Shown here piece by piece: positions 10,250-18,980 of a stretch of 64,000 bases of DNA; the stretch's first letter is position 1; each line of letters opens with the position of its first letter. Position numbers and translations under genes: made by a program. The notes beneath the pieces are model-generated. The model was not told where the DNA came from and searched no databases. It was given only the letters and a program-made list of their open reading frames with translations. Source of the DNA: a virus (taxonomy: Duplodnaviria; Caudoviricetes); IMG/VR virus record IMGVR_UViG_3300011862_000001, positions 172,910 through 236,909 of that record; one strand, 5' to 3'.

Positions 10250-11731
10250 ATGGGGTTGTATAGCAAACCTTCATTGGAACTCCTCTGCCAACAGCTCATT
10301 CGTGACAACCCCGCTTTAGCTAACCGGGCTACCCCAGACGCATTCGGCGTGAAAGGGAGTCCGGTGGCGAAACAGGTCAACGGGCGTAATACACAAATTA
10401 CGCTGGCAGGGCGGCCAGGGAAAGGCTTTAGTGGGGAGCTCACGGTCTACTACGACCGGGTGAATCTGTCCCAATTGTTTCGTTCATCAACACAGCTGAT
10501 TGAGGTACCACGCACGGCAAAGACGTACGGGGATTTACTCCCGGCGTTTAATGCCGCGCACGGCCTTAACTTGCAACCGAGCGATATCCAACTGCCTGAC
10601 CGGCCTATCGTGCTTTATGCCACACCGGTGACCGTACCGATTGTGACAACACCAGGAGCACTGTGTTTTACGGGTGGTACCAACATTACCTACCGCGCCG
10701 CACCGATTGGTTATTATCCAAACAGTGGGCCAGGTGAGAAGTATTTACGGGCAGGTAATGAGCTCAACGGTTACTTTGGTTCAGTCAGTTCCGAGCAGTT
10801 GTTTGGCAGCGACTACTTTGCCCAGCGGTTATACGGCGACACAGGGTGGCCGTCACTGAACGCGGTGATGTGGTTGAAGTTCATGCTAAACGGGAAGGTC
10901 GTCTTTATCCCGGGGCGGGGCTTATTCTACACCGACTGGCAACGACTTTACAAAGCCGGGGCGATATTCGGTACCAGTGGACCAGGACGGCGTCCACAGA
11001 CACTGACAGGTGATGTGCCGCAAGAGCTTTACATCTCACGCACCGATGGTGATAAAAGCTATTATTTCAAGGTGTATACGCCGTTCTATCAAGAAGGTGT
11101 TGATATACCGAGTATGGCACAACCGCCGTCACCCACCTCGATATTCTCCCTGACGAAAAAACTGGGGACGTACAGCACCCCTGGTGAGTGGGGGCAACTT
11201 AACGGCACCGAAGGGTATTTAGGGACTGAAGTCTGGACACAGCACAGCGACATGTACAGCAAGGCGTATTACATTGCCATGGACGGCGGCATGATGCGCA
11301 ATACTGATTTGTTTATCAGTGCTGACTGGGCACCGATATTGGAGCTTATCGACCCGGCGACCAATGTGCTTCCGCCTACGGCAGTCACCTACGCCCAAAC
11401 CAAAGCCTTCCCGCCTCTGGTAGTGCAAAGCAAAGCGGCAGCACCGATTAAGCCAGTTAATCTCGACTTGCTTATTCAGCCGGCACCACTACCGCTGGTA
11501 GGCAGTGCCAAACCGACTAACCCGCCGATTAAACCGGTGACGTTAGATGCGCCGGTGATCACCATACCGCGTCCGCTCGTGGTCAAAGCCTCAAACACCA
11601 ATGGTGTTATTGCACCACCGAAGATACTGGGTGTTTACTCGACTGCTCCACATCCGTTGGCCGCTGTTTCACGCAGTTCGTCAAAAACTCCGCTCGCCAA
11701 CACTCAAGCAGAGTTGGACGGGTTTAAGTAA
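10250..11731 (+). CDS. Virion structural protein (family N module + GPG/GYFG domain + Pro-rich tail)
   Basis: RNT..GFSG..YYDRVNL; GPGEKYLRAG..GYFG; repeated PIKPV/PLV segments. Confidence 0.7.
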   Translation: MGLYSKPSLELLCQQLIRDNPALANRATPDAFGVKGSPVAKQVNGRNTQITLAGRPGKGFSGELTVYYDRVNLSQLFRSSTQLIEVPRTAKTYGDLLPAFNAAHGLNLQPSDIQLPDRPIVLYATPVTVPIVTTPGALCFTGGTNITYRAAPIGYYPNSGPGEKYLRAGNELNGYFGSVSSEQLFGSDYFAQRLYGDTGWPSLNAVMWLKFMLNGKVVFIPGRGLFYTDWQRLYKAGAIFGTSGPGRRPQTLTGDVPQELYISRTDGDKSYYFKVYTPFYQEGVDIPSMAQPPSPTSIFSLTKKLGTYSTPGEWGQLNGTEGYLGTEVWTQHSDMYSKAYYIAMDGGMMRNTDLFISADWAPILELIDPATNVLPPTAVTYAQTKAFPPLVVQSKAAAPIKPVNLDLLIQPAPLPLVGSAKPTNPPIKPVTLDAPVITIPRPLVVKASNTNGVIAPPKILGVYSTAPHPLAAVSRSSSKTPLANTQAELDGFK

Positions 11732-11742
11732 GGAATTACTCC

Positions 11743-12735
11743 ATGGCATTTAAACTAAGCTGGAAAAATGACAACCCGGCTGGGTCAGTCATCAAGATAT
11801 ATCGTAGTACGACCATGATGAAACTGGACAGTTTACCGACGGCACTGGCAACACTCAGTAACGGGGAAACGTCGTGGACGGATAACACTGTGGTGTTAAA
11901 CACCACCTACTATTACCTGTTAACGGTAACCGTGAATGGAAGAACGGTCGCAGGTCCACAGAAAAGCATCACGATAAAGAACCGTCGTGGAATCGGCCCA
12001 AGCGATTTCATTAACTGGGGCGATTCCGATGATTTAGCCTACTTAGGCGGTACACCTTACGCTGAACAGTTTACCTATAACGCTTTTCCGGCAGGCTTTC
12101 GAGCACTGACTGGTTTCTCGGGAGACTCACCGATAAACTTCGTCAAGTACCTCCACCGGGGGAGAGTGTTGTACCTGGCTGCTACGGCCGGCGGCAGGAT
12201 ACTTGGCCGTAAAGTATCGTGGGACAGTATCTATAATGCCGGGTTGGTGTATGGGGTAGACGGCCCGGGTCCCGACGGTGGGCGCGGTACTCTGGCTCCG
12301 GTTGACCAGGGCGGGTTGTTTGATTGGCAAGGTGATACTTATCGCATGCGGTTACTCACCGGGTTGTCGGATTTGGGGCAATCGCCTGCGATGACGCTTC
12401 CTGATGAGATTAACAATGCGCAGCACGATGCCTTGCCGTACGGTCGCTGCGAGTATAACGATCTGATTTATCCGTCGTGCGAATGGGTGCCAGTCAAACA
12501 GCGTGTCCCGAACTGGGTCAACAACCCCTTATCGTCGGTGTTTAACAATACTGCGACGTGGGCGGGTACCGGTTTCTTGTGCCAAGAGCGAGACCCACAA
12601 CGCAATGTGGTGGTGATGCGTGGCCAAGCACCCCTTGCCTCTGAAGGTGGCCGTGACCTGCTCCAGATGATTAAATTAGTCGACCCCAGTGTTGCTAATG
12701 GCCATTTTGTTCCTGTTATCGAATTAATGGAGTAA
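11743..12735 (+). CDS. Virion structural protein, FN3-like N-domain + GPG-type domain
   Basis: LSWK..IYRS..TSWTDNTV..TTYYY; W..IYNAGLVYG..G.G. Confidence 0.65.
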   Translation: MAFKLSWKNDNPAGSVIKIYRSTTMMKLDSLPTALATLSNGETSWTDNTVVLNTTYYYLLTVTVNGRTVAGPQKSITIKNRRGIGPSDFINWGDSDDLAYLGGTPYAEQFTYNAFPAGFRALTGFSGDSPINFVKYLHRGRVLYLAATAGGRILGRKVSWDSIYNAGLVYGVDGPGPDGGRGTLAPVDQGGLFDWQGDTYRMRLLTGLSDLGQSPAMTLPDEINNAQHDALPYGRCEYNDLIYPSCEWVPVKQRVPNWVNNPLSSVFNNTATWAGTGFLCQERDPQRNVVVMRGQAPLASEGGRDLLQMIKLVDPSVANGHFVPVIELME

Positions 12736-12739
12736 GGAC

Positions 12740-13639
12740 ATGTCAATCACGTTAAGCTGGAAACAGCAACCCAGACAAACGTTAGATTCGATTGAAATTT
12801 ATCGTTTCGCTGATCCGCGTGCAACGCCTAACCCACTGGCATTGGGTACACCCCTTGCGGTGTTGCCGGGGGATGCTACAAGCTATGTGGATAACACGGT
12901 AGCCAACTATACGACGTACCAATATCGCATCGTGTCGGTTAAAGGCAGCGACAAGTCGATGGGCTTCCCGATTGTCCAGGGCTATTTCCCTCAGACCGGT
13001 CCCGGGCCACAAGAGCTGTTGCGTGGTGACTGGTACTGTGGGTATTTTGGCACGCTGTCGAACACCGAGTTCTTCCTCAGTGCTAACGAGTTTAATGGGT
13101 TATTCGGCAACGCAATATGGTCTTATAGTCCGCTGTTGTTCCACAAGTTTGTGTTTCGTGGAAAGATTCTCTTCATCCCTGACACGCAAACCGCACAAAA
13201 TACTCCATGGCGTACCTACGCCGCTGGCGTAATGTATGCCGTAGAGGGAAACGGTCCGCTTGTTCCTGTGGGCTATAATGGCGTTAGCCAGAGGAAGACG
13301 GTGGTTAAGAACGGCTACGAGTATATCGTACGTTTACCGTTACTGATGGAGGGTGCTTATAATGCGAGCTGGAACCAGCCGGTGAACTATAACTCTGGCG
13401 AATGGTATAACACCATGGGACGTCTGTACTGGATGACCACAGGCCTGCAACGCTTTAACGATCTGCGGTTAGCGGCAGGGGGTTCGCCTACCGGCGTAGG
13501 TTCTGTGTTATTTGCGAGCGCTGCCGACGCAGGGCGCAACTACTGGTACTGGAACCCGGCGGCACCGACCGCACCTGCGACAGTCGATGTGGATGCTAAC
13601 TGTAGCATTTTCCATGTCCTGGAACTGGTGTTGAGTTAA
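12740..13639 (+). CDS. Virion structural protein, FN3-like N-domain + GPG/GYFG domain
   Basis: LSWK..IYR..TSYVDNTV..TTYQY; GPGPQELLRG..GYFG..KF..GKILFIP. Confidence 0.65.
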   Translation: MSITLSWKQQPRQTLDSIEIYRFADPRATPNPLALGTPLAVLPGDATSYVDNTVANYTTYQYRIVSVKGSDKSMGFPIVQGYFPQTGPGPQELLRGDWYCGYFGTLSNTEFFLSANEFNGLFGNAIWSYSPLLFHKFVFRGKILFIPDTQTAQNTPWRTYAAGVMYAVEGNGPLVPVGYNGVSQRKTVVKNGYEYIVRLPLLMEGAYNASWNQPVNYNSGEWYNTMGRLYWMTTGLQRFNDLRLAAGGSPTGVGSVLFASAADAGRNYWYWNPAAPTAPATVDVDANCSIFHVLELVLS

Positions 13640-13646
13640 TCGTTAG

Positions 13647-13692
13647 AAAAAAATAAAGCTCTACTCCCTGAAGGGAGTAGAGGCTTTTCTTT
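13647..13692. terminator. Bidirectional terminator
   Basis: A run, CTCTACTCCC-TGAA-GGGAGTAGAG, T run, between convergent genes. Confidence 0.85.
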
Positions 13693-14156
13693 CATTTGCT
13701 GAGCATGGGCGGCGTTGGTGTCGGTGTGCACTGCAAGAACGTCATCCCGGTGCCTTCTCCAGTACGTCCATCAACAGACGAGTAGGAATAGGTCGGTGCT
13801 TTGGCGTTCACACCCCGGATACGATAATAACGGATACCGGTTGTGACATCGACGGCACCATCAATCTTACCGAGCAAGTCTTTATACAGTTGCGGAGACT
13901 CTACTTTCCCACCCGGGAAGGTTGCGACCCACGTCGAACCGTTGTCGATAACTGTGGCTGCGAAAGGCAGCAGTTGTAGCTTACCGAGTTGAGGCTGGAA
14001 GTGGGCAAATGTTTCTTGGGTAGCGCTGCACTGATAGACCGCAAAGGTCTCGGCGGTTTCCACAGGCACCGTGCCAAATTGACCCGCTTGATTCGGAGCC
14101 ATAGCACAACCTGCCAACAGTGCGGAGGCTAACACCGCAAACAAATACTTCACCAT
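13692..14156 (-). CDS. Lipoprotein of unknown function
   Basis: Signal peptide with lipobox LLAG-C; AAGGA RBS. Confidence 0.75.
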   Translation of the reverse strand: MVKYLFAVLASALLAGCAMAPNQAGQFGTVPVETAETFAVYQCSATQETFAHFQPQLGKLQLLPFAATVIDNGSTWVATFPGGKVESPQLYKDLLGKIDGAVDVTTGIRYYRIRGVNAKAPTYSYSSVDGRTGEGTGMTFLQCTPTPTPPMLSK

Positions 14157-14190
14157 AACGTGTTCCTTTTTTAAAATTGACGCAAGTCGT

Positions 14191-14216
14191 CATATTACGG
14201 GCCGTGTCTGTAGAAA
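14191..14216 (-). promoter_or_regulatory. Candidate middle-type phage promoter
   Basis: TTTCTACAGACACGGCCCGTAATATG has the same spacing as the motif at 43942, 54344 and 62161. Confidence 0.45.
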
Positions 14217-14272
14217 GTTGCCAGCCGAGCCCGCTTTTCTATGAACCACCCACACTAGCGAGGATGTAAACC

Positions 14273-14809
14273 ATGGCCATTGTAACGGCACAGGCGCAAC
14301 TGGTTGCCCTGTTTAATGCAAAGAATAGCAGTCTTGCCCAGGCGTTGACTGTAGGGGATGTCGACTTTGGTGCCGTTGCTGCATACAGCCCGACGGACGG
14401 AGCAGATACCCGTAACTCCAAGCTGACCATCACCGCAAAAACCGCGTCTATCTATTTCACTGGCGCAAAAGAACTCCACTACACCCGCTTGCCCGCTGCC
14501 GTTATCGGTGCGCAAGCTATCACTGAAGACCAGGCTAACTGGGACACCGATGCTAAAGTGTTGGCAAAAGTCAACGCAGCGGTTATCGCGGCCGGTAAAA
14601 CCCAGGATGAGTTCGCACAGGCGGATTTGACTATTACACGCACCGATGGTGCCGATGGCGATGCAGGTAAGAAAATCGTCACGGTGGCCATTAAAGCCGG
14701 TCACATCAAATACCTCGCGGGTAACCTCGCGGTGTATACCATCACTCAGCCTATTGTTAAGAATGACCTGAGTGCATCCAACGGTGAACTCGATACGTTT
14801 ACCAACTAA
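14273..14809 (+). CDS. Small virion structural protein, same paralog family
   Basis: RNSKLTITAK..FTG..LHYTRL; ends NGELDTF; TATG at 14240-14243 upstream. Confidence 0.7.
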   Translation: MAIVTAQAQLVALFNAKNSSLAQALTVGDVDFGAVAAYSPTDGADTRNSKLTITAKTASIYFTGAKELHYTRLPAAVIGAQAITEDQANWDTDAKVLAKVNAAVIAAGKTQDEFAQADLTITRTDGADGDAGKKIVTVAIKAGHIKYLAGNLAVYTITQPIVKNDLSASNGELDTFTN

Positions 14810-14813
14810 GTTC

Positions 14814-14850
14814 TAAGCCCACTTCGGTGGGCTTATTGGTTTCTTTTTTT
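14814..14850 (+). terminator. Rho-independent terminator
   Basis: TAAGCCCAC-TTCG-GTGGGCTTA with downstream T tract. Confidence 0.8.
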
Positions 14851-14854
14851 GGCA

Positions 14855-14896
14855 AATAAAAAAGAAAAAGACCTACTACCCATTGGGGTAGTAGGT
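14855..14896 (-). terminator. Rho-independent terminator (minus strand)
   Basis: ACCTACTACCC...GGGTAGTAGGT hairpin preceded by an A run on the + strand. Confidence 0.75.
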
Positions 14897-14927
14897 ATCT
14901 CTATTTTAAGCGGCCTGTACGCCATTC

Positions 14928-15638
14928 TCAGACGTTTAAAATGGCAAGCTGCGTAATCGGATTACTTAGCGGTTGCACGCCCCAAAACGCCGTCTGTGCG
15001 TTAAATGCACGTTTGATGTTTTGGTAGCGCATATTCACACACCGCCCAGTCGTCAAATCGAAACGCTCGTGGTCAGGTACCCCAGCATCAACATCCGTTC
15101 GAAAGAACAGGTAGTTGCGATTGTAGTTGAGCGTGACGTCTGACGGTGACGGATAGGAATAGACGTGCGGGTTATCGTTGCGGTCAGCATACGACGGCCA
15201 GCCGAAACATTTCACCGCCTCGTAGAACGAGTCACGGATAAAGGTGTCAACCCTTAAGCTTTCCATGATGCGCAGAAACATCAAATCGGCAAAGGCTTTA
15301 TCAGTGCAACGCGACAGATTCCCCGCCGGGGTATCCGGGTACGCTACCGGTGACGGGGCACGTTGGTACAGCAGGTCGTGAATACACGCCCCACCGGCCC
15401 ACGGTCCATCGGGATGCAGAATCGGACGTAAAGCTTCCGGGATACTCGCCAAGTCCGTGACAAACCCTTTCGGGGCCACCACGTACATCGTCGTATCAGG
15501 ATGCACACCCGACAGGTGTACCATTTCATCCATCCCCGGTTTATCGCGGTACAATGAGCGCAGCGTAAACTCGAAGTGGTAGTCTTCGGTTAAGATAAAC
15601 CACGGCTTTTCCAATACCTGGTACTTCAACTGGAACAT
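14928..15638 (-). CDS. DUF1353-family protein
   Basis: PKGFVTDLASIP...GPW..GACIHDLLY..AD..F signature; start placed at MFQLK. Confidence 0.8.
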   Translation of the reverse strand: MFQLKYQVLEKPWFILTEDYHFEFTLRSLYRDKPGMDEMVHLSGVHPDTTMYVVAPKGFVTDLASIPEALRPILHPDGPWAGGACIHDLLYQRAPSPVAYPDTPAGNLSRCTDKAFADLMFLRIMESLRVDTFIRDSFYEAVKCFGWPSYADRNDNPHVYSYPSPSDVTLNYNRNYLFFRTDVDAGVPDHERFDLTTGRCVNMRYQNIKRAFNAQTAFWGVQPLSNPITQLAILNV

Positions 15639-15784
15639 ACAAGCACCTTCATACAGGCTAACACCACCATACCGAGCAATGACCCCCACAGTACAAACGG
15701 AGGCGGATCGTCATCACCAAAGAATTTATATTCTTCTCGGATTACTTGCACTTCGGGAAACACTGGGGGTACCGGTTTTTTCAT
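15626..15784 (-). CDS. Small single-TM membrane protein, 52 aa (not in ORF track)
   Basis: Hand translation MKKPVPPVFPEVQVIREEYKFFGDDDPPPFVLWGSLLGMVVLACMKVLVCSS; GAGG RBS; fills the gap after the lysin. Confidence 0.55.
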   Translation of the reverse strand: MKKPVPPVFPEVQVIREEYKFFGDDDPPPFVLWGSLLGMVVLACMKVLVCSS

Positions 15785-15803
15785 GGTGTTAGCCTCACGG
15801 TTA

Positions 15804-16406
15804 TTATTTAGCGCACACGCCTACCTTGATGGCATAGTCATCCATCTCGCCGTAGACACGATCGTACCAGCCGTAGGTGAACTCTTCGTTCTGCACACGC
15901 TTCTCAGAGATTTCCGTGTAGTAGGAAACCTGATGGCAGCACAGCGCAAACATCAGACGGTTCAGGCCAGCGGCACCACGGGCTTTCACAAAACCGCCTA
16001 AGGCAGTAAGCGTAGCCGGGCCGATACCGCCATCTGCGTCGATGTCATCGTAGAGTTTACCCTGACGGTTCAGTACGTTCAGGACGCGTTGTAGGGATTT
16101 GATACAGTTAGCACGACCGGCGTTAATGCCGAAGTCGAACATACGGTCAGCCAGCAACGGGCTCATTGCAGTAATCTGGTCAAGACGCATACGGTCCCAC
16201 CAGAGTTTCTTGTAGATAGCCAAAGCCATCTCACGAGTTAGGTTACGCATGTCACCGGTATATCCATATTCACGAGCGGTAACTTGCGTGATACCGAAGT
16301 TAGTTGGACCACCTAAGTCATTCGCGTTATTTACATAGCCAGCCTCAATGTTCACCTTGGCGGCAATGATGCCTTCCATGCTCCAGCGGTCTACGGCCAT
16401 CGCCAT
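15804..16406 (-). CDS. Glycoside hydrolase family 108 lysozyme (endolysin) with C-terminal peptidoglycan-binding domain
   Basis: EAGYVN..NDLGGPTNFGIT catalytic motif; FDFGINAG; DGGIGPATL; F.YGW..RV. Confidence 0.9.
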   Translation of the reverse strand: MAMAVDRWSMEGIIAAKVNIEAGYVNNANDLGGPTNFGITQVTAREYGYTGDMRNLTREMALAIYKKLWWDRMRLDQITAMSPLLADRMFDFGINAGRANCIKSLQRVLNVLNRQGKLYDDIDADGGIGPATLTALGGFVKARGAAGLNRLMFALCCHQVSYYTEISEKRVQNEEFTYGWYDRVYGEMDDYAIKVGVCAK

Positions 16407-16447
16407 AATTAAGTCCTCATTCTGTTATTGGATTCATACGAACGAGG

Positions 16448-16480
16448 AAAAAAAAAATAACAGTGGCCCGAAGGCCACTG
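16448..16480 (-). terminator. Terminator closing the radical SAM operon
   Basis: Minus strand CAGTGGCC-TTCG-GGCCACTG then TTA and a long T run. Confidence 0.9.
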
Positions 16481-16484
16481 AGGA

Positions 16485-17141
16485 TTACAACAGACCTTCG
16501 TCTTTTGCCAACTGCATCACTGCGGTAAAGTCACCTTGTTCGGCGAGCGTACGCAGACGTTGCTTTTTGACGTTGAGCGACATATGCAGGTCGTTATCAC
16601 GTTGGATAATTGCCGCATACAGACCTTTCACATCATCAATCGCAAACGGTTCAACCGGGCTGTTGGTGGCATCAATCCAGTACATCGGGTCAACCCCAGA
16701 CTGGATATAGCCGGTGAGTGCGGTGCGGGATTTCTCGTCAGCCTGGTAACGGTGACCAGCAAACTCGATATCCTGATAACGCAGCTCTGCATAGCGGGTG
16801 TTCATCGCTTGCATCACACGGTTAAACTCACGCCACAGGTGACCTAAGGTTGAGGTCAGCCCTTTGCGGATATCATCCAACGGCAGTTCCAACACGTCTT
16901 TGATAAACGCTTTGGTCTTTTCCATGGTGAACGCCGCTTCGGCATCAGAGAGGTCATGCCCTTTCAGCGCTTTCATCGCCTCTTTATCACTCATGCCGTT
17001 TAGCAGGTGATAATGCAAAAGGGTACAGAACCCTTGGCGCGTGGCGTCTTCAGTTCGCAGAATCCCGCTGTAGTTACCATGGCGGTCAATCGGGGTGCCA
17101 AACTCGAAGTAGCGACGCTTTATTTCGTCATTACTAAGCAT
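16485..17141 (-). CDS. DUF4376-like protein (tail-fibre-associated)
   Basis: C-terminal half: IEFAGHRYQADEKSR..L....WIDATN.. Confidence 0.65.
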   Translation of the reverse strand: MLSNDEIKRRYFEFGTPIDRHGNYSGILRTEDATRQGFCTLLHYHLLNGMSDKEAMKALKGHDLSDAEAAFTMEKTKAFIKDVLELPLDDIRKGLTSTLGHLWREFNRVMQAMNTRYAELRYQDIEFAGHRYQADEKSRTALTGYIQSGVDPMYWIDATNSPVEPFAIDDVKGLYAAIIQRDNDLHMSLNVKKQRLRTLAEQGDFTAVMQLAKDEGLL

Positions 17142-17677
17142 TCAGTTGCTCCTACTAAGCCCAGGTCCATCGCCAAGTCAAAGTCGAACAGCTGGAAGTC
17201 AGTGTAGATATCCTGGCCCCAGACGATGTTCATTTGCTCAGCGTGGTCCTGATTTTGTTCCATATAAGCCCGCGTCAAGTGCATCTCTTCCCCGAAGGCG
17301 TCATACGCTTCGTGGGAACGCACGGCACGTACCCGAAGCTCAGGCCAGCTTAACGCCAGACCAATCAGGTTTTCCGTGTCGAGATTACGCGTAGAGCGGC
17401 GTAAGATTTCGATTTTGTGGCGCGGGAAGTCAGTGACACGCGCTTCAAAGCCCGGGTTACGTTTTTCCACTTCGACCACCGAGTTATGGTGTTCTTCGAC
17501 ACCGTCCAACGTCAGTATCACGTTTAAGCCAAACCGGATACACAGTTTAACGACGTCGTCGGTAAAGGCATCGGGCGCTACCAGCGCATGGGCGTTGTAC
17601 AAGCCGTGCTTGTGCAAAAACGCCGCCACCAGGTGGTGACTACGCTTGGTAAAATTGTGTATCAGAAAGGCTTTCAT
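17120..17677 (-). CDS. Accessory protein of the radical SAM operon
   Basis: GGAG RBS before MKAFLIH; overlaps both neighbours; LTLDGVEEHH resembles an rSAM barrel motif. Confidence 0.65.
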   Translation of the reverse strand: MKAFLIHNFTKRSHHLVAAFLHKHGLYNAHALVAPDAFTDDVVKLCIRFGLNVILTLDGVEEHHNSVVEVEKRNPGFEARVTDFPRHKIEILRRSTRNLDTENLIGLALSWPELRVRAVRSHEAYDAFGEEMHLTRAYMEQNQDHAEQMNIVWGQDIYTDFQLFDFDLAMDLGLVGATECLVMTK

Positions 17678-18980
17678 TAGCAGTGGCTCCAGTTTGGGTC
17701 TTTTTCGCTGCTTCTGCACGTTGACGTACGCAAGACACGCAGTAGCATTGGGTTTTATCGTTTAAGTCGGTATAGCGTACGGTACCAGTTTTCTGGTAGA
17801 AGTATTCCGCGACTAACAGCTTCGCCGTCGTCCATCCACACTGGCGACGTTCAGCGTGGTACTCTTTACGGGCTTCAATCTCACCGTCACCGTTTTCGTA
17901 CGAGGCCGCAGCACAGCTGCCGCACGCGTGTTTCATCGGACACCCTAAGCAGGTCTCTGGGTAGTTGGTGTACTGATTTTGAATCTCATTCAGTAACTTA
18001 CCACCGTCGATGTTAACGATTTCCCGGCCACGCAGTTCAGCGACCGCCTGACGGGTCGTTACGGTAGACATAAAACGGTTGCAGCCGTAAATCTTACGAT
18101 CAAAGCCCAGGCAGGTCATGTGGGATACTGTACCACAGAAAGGACGCACACGCTCCGGGTTCAAACGGGTGGCTTCGTCGTCGAGTAACTTCTGACGCCA
18201 GTCCGGGTCCCAGGTCGCCATAAAGTCCAGACCATCCGGGAAGATGTGAGTCAGACGGTTACGCGGGTCATGCTGCAAGCCTTTGTCAAACCAGTAGTCA
18301 ATCACATCCATCATCTGGTTGGCAATCGACAACGCCGACTGACGTGGCAGCACGTCTTCGTACGTTACGTTACCCGAGATGGTGCCACCGCCGGTGACGT
18401 CAATCAGGTGCTTCATGCTCTCGGCATAACGCGGCAGGGTTTCACTGGTGAAGGTCGCTTTGATACCAAGCTCCAGGATACCCACCGACTTCAGGTAGTT
18501 GTAGCCGCGCATCGCTTTCTCATACGAGCCTTCACGGCTTACCGTAAAGATACGATAGCGGTCGTGCACTTCTGGCAAGCCATCAATCGACACCCCGATA
18601 GACAGCTTGTCGCGCCAGCGTTCGATAATCTGCTGGTTCAGTGGACGGTCAAACAACGTACCGTTAGTGGAGATAGAAAAGATAACGTCGCGATTATCGC
18701 GCTTGGCTAACTCTTCTGCCGCCTCAAAGACACCGAGCAGGATTTTCGGTTGCATCATCGGCTCACCACCGATAATGTCGATAATCACTTCCACGTTCTC
18801 TAAGTGACGGTCACGGTCAAAACACGCATGGATAAAGTCTACCGCGTCATCGACTTTGTTGTTACGCGGGTACTTACGCTCGTAGCAGTATTCACAGTCG
18901 AGGTTGCACGACAGGTTGGTGACCACCTGATAAGTCTTGGTGATTTTGGGTGTTACCACCGGCATTTTATTATCGCGCAT
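17640..18980 (-). CDS. Radical SAM/SPASM-type peptide or protein maturase
   Basis: CNLDCEYC, IIGGEP, STNGT, GVSIDG; auxiliary Cys FCG..C..IYGC..CLGC..ACGSC..C. Confidence 0.9.
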   Translation of the reverse strand: MRDNKMPVVTPKITKTYQVVTNLSCNLDCEYCYERKYPRNNKVDDAVDFIHACFDRDRHLENVEVIIDIIGGEPMMQPKILLGVFEAAEELAKRDNRDVIFSISTNGTLFDRPLNQQIIERWRDKLSIGVSIDGLPEVHDRYRIFTVSREGSYEKAMRGYNYLKSVGILELGIKATFTSETLPRYAESMKHLIDVTGGGTISGNVTYEDVLPRQSALSIANQMMDVIDYWFDKGLQHDPRNRLTHIFPDGLDFMATWDPDWRQKLLDDEATRLNPERVRPFCGTVSHMTCLGFDRKIYGCNRFMSTVTTRQAVAELRGREIVNIDGGKLLNEIQNQYTNYPETCLGCPMKHACGSCAAASYENGDGEIEARKEYHAERRQCGWTTAKLLVAEYFYQKTGTVRYTDLNDKTQCYCVSCVRQRAEAAKKTQTGATANESLSDTQFYQA

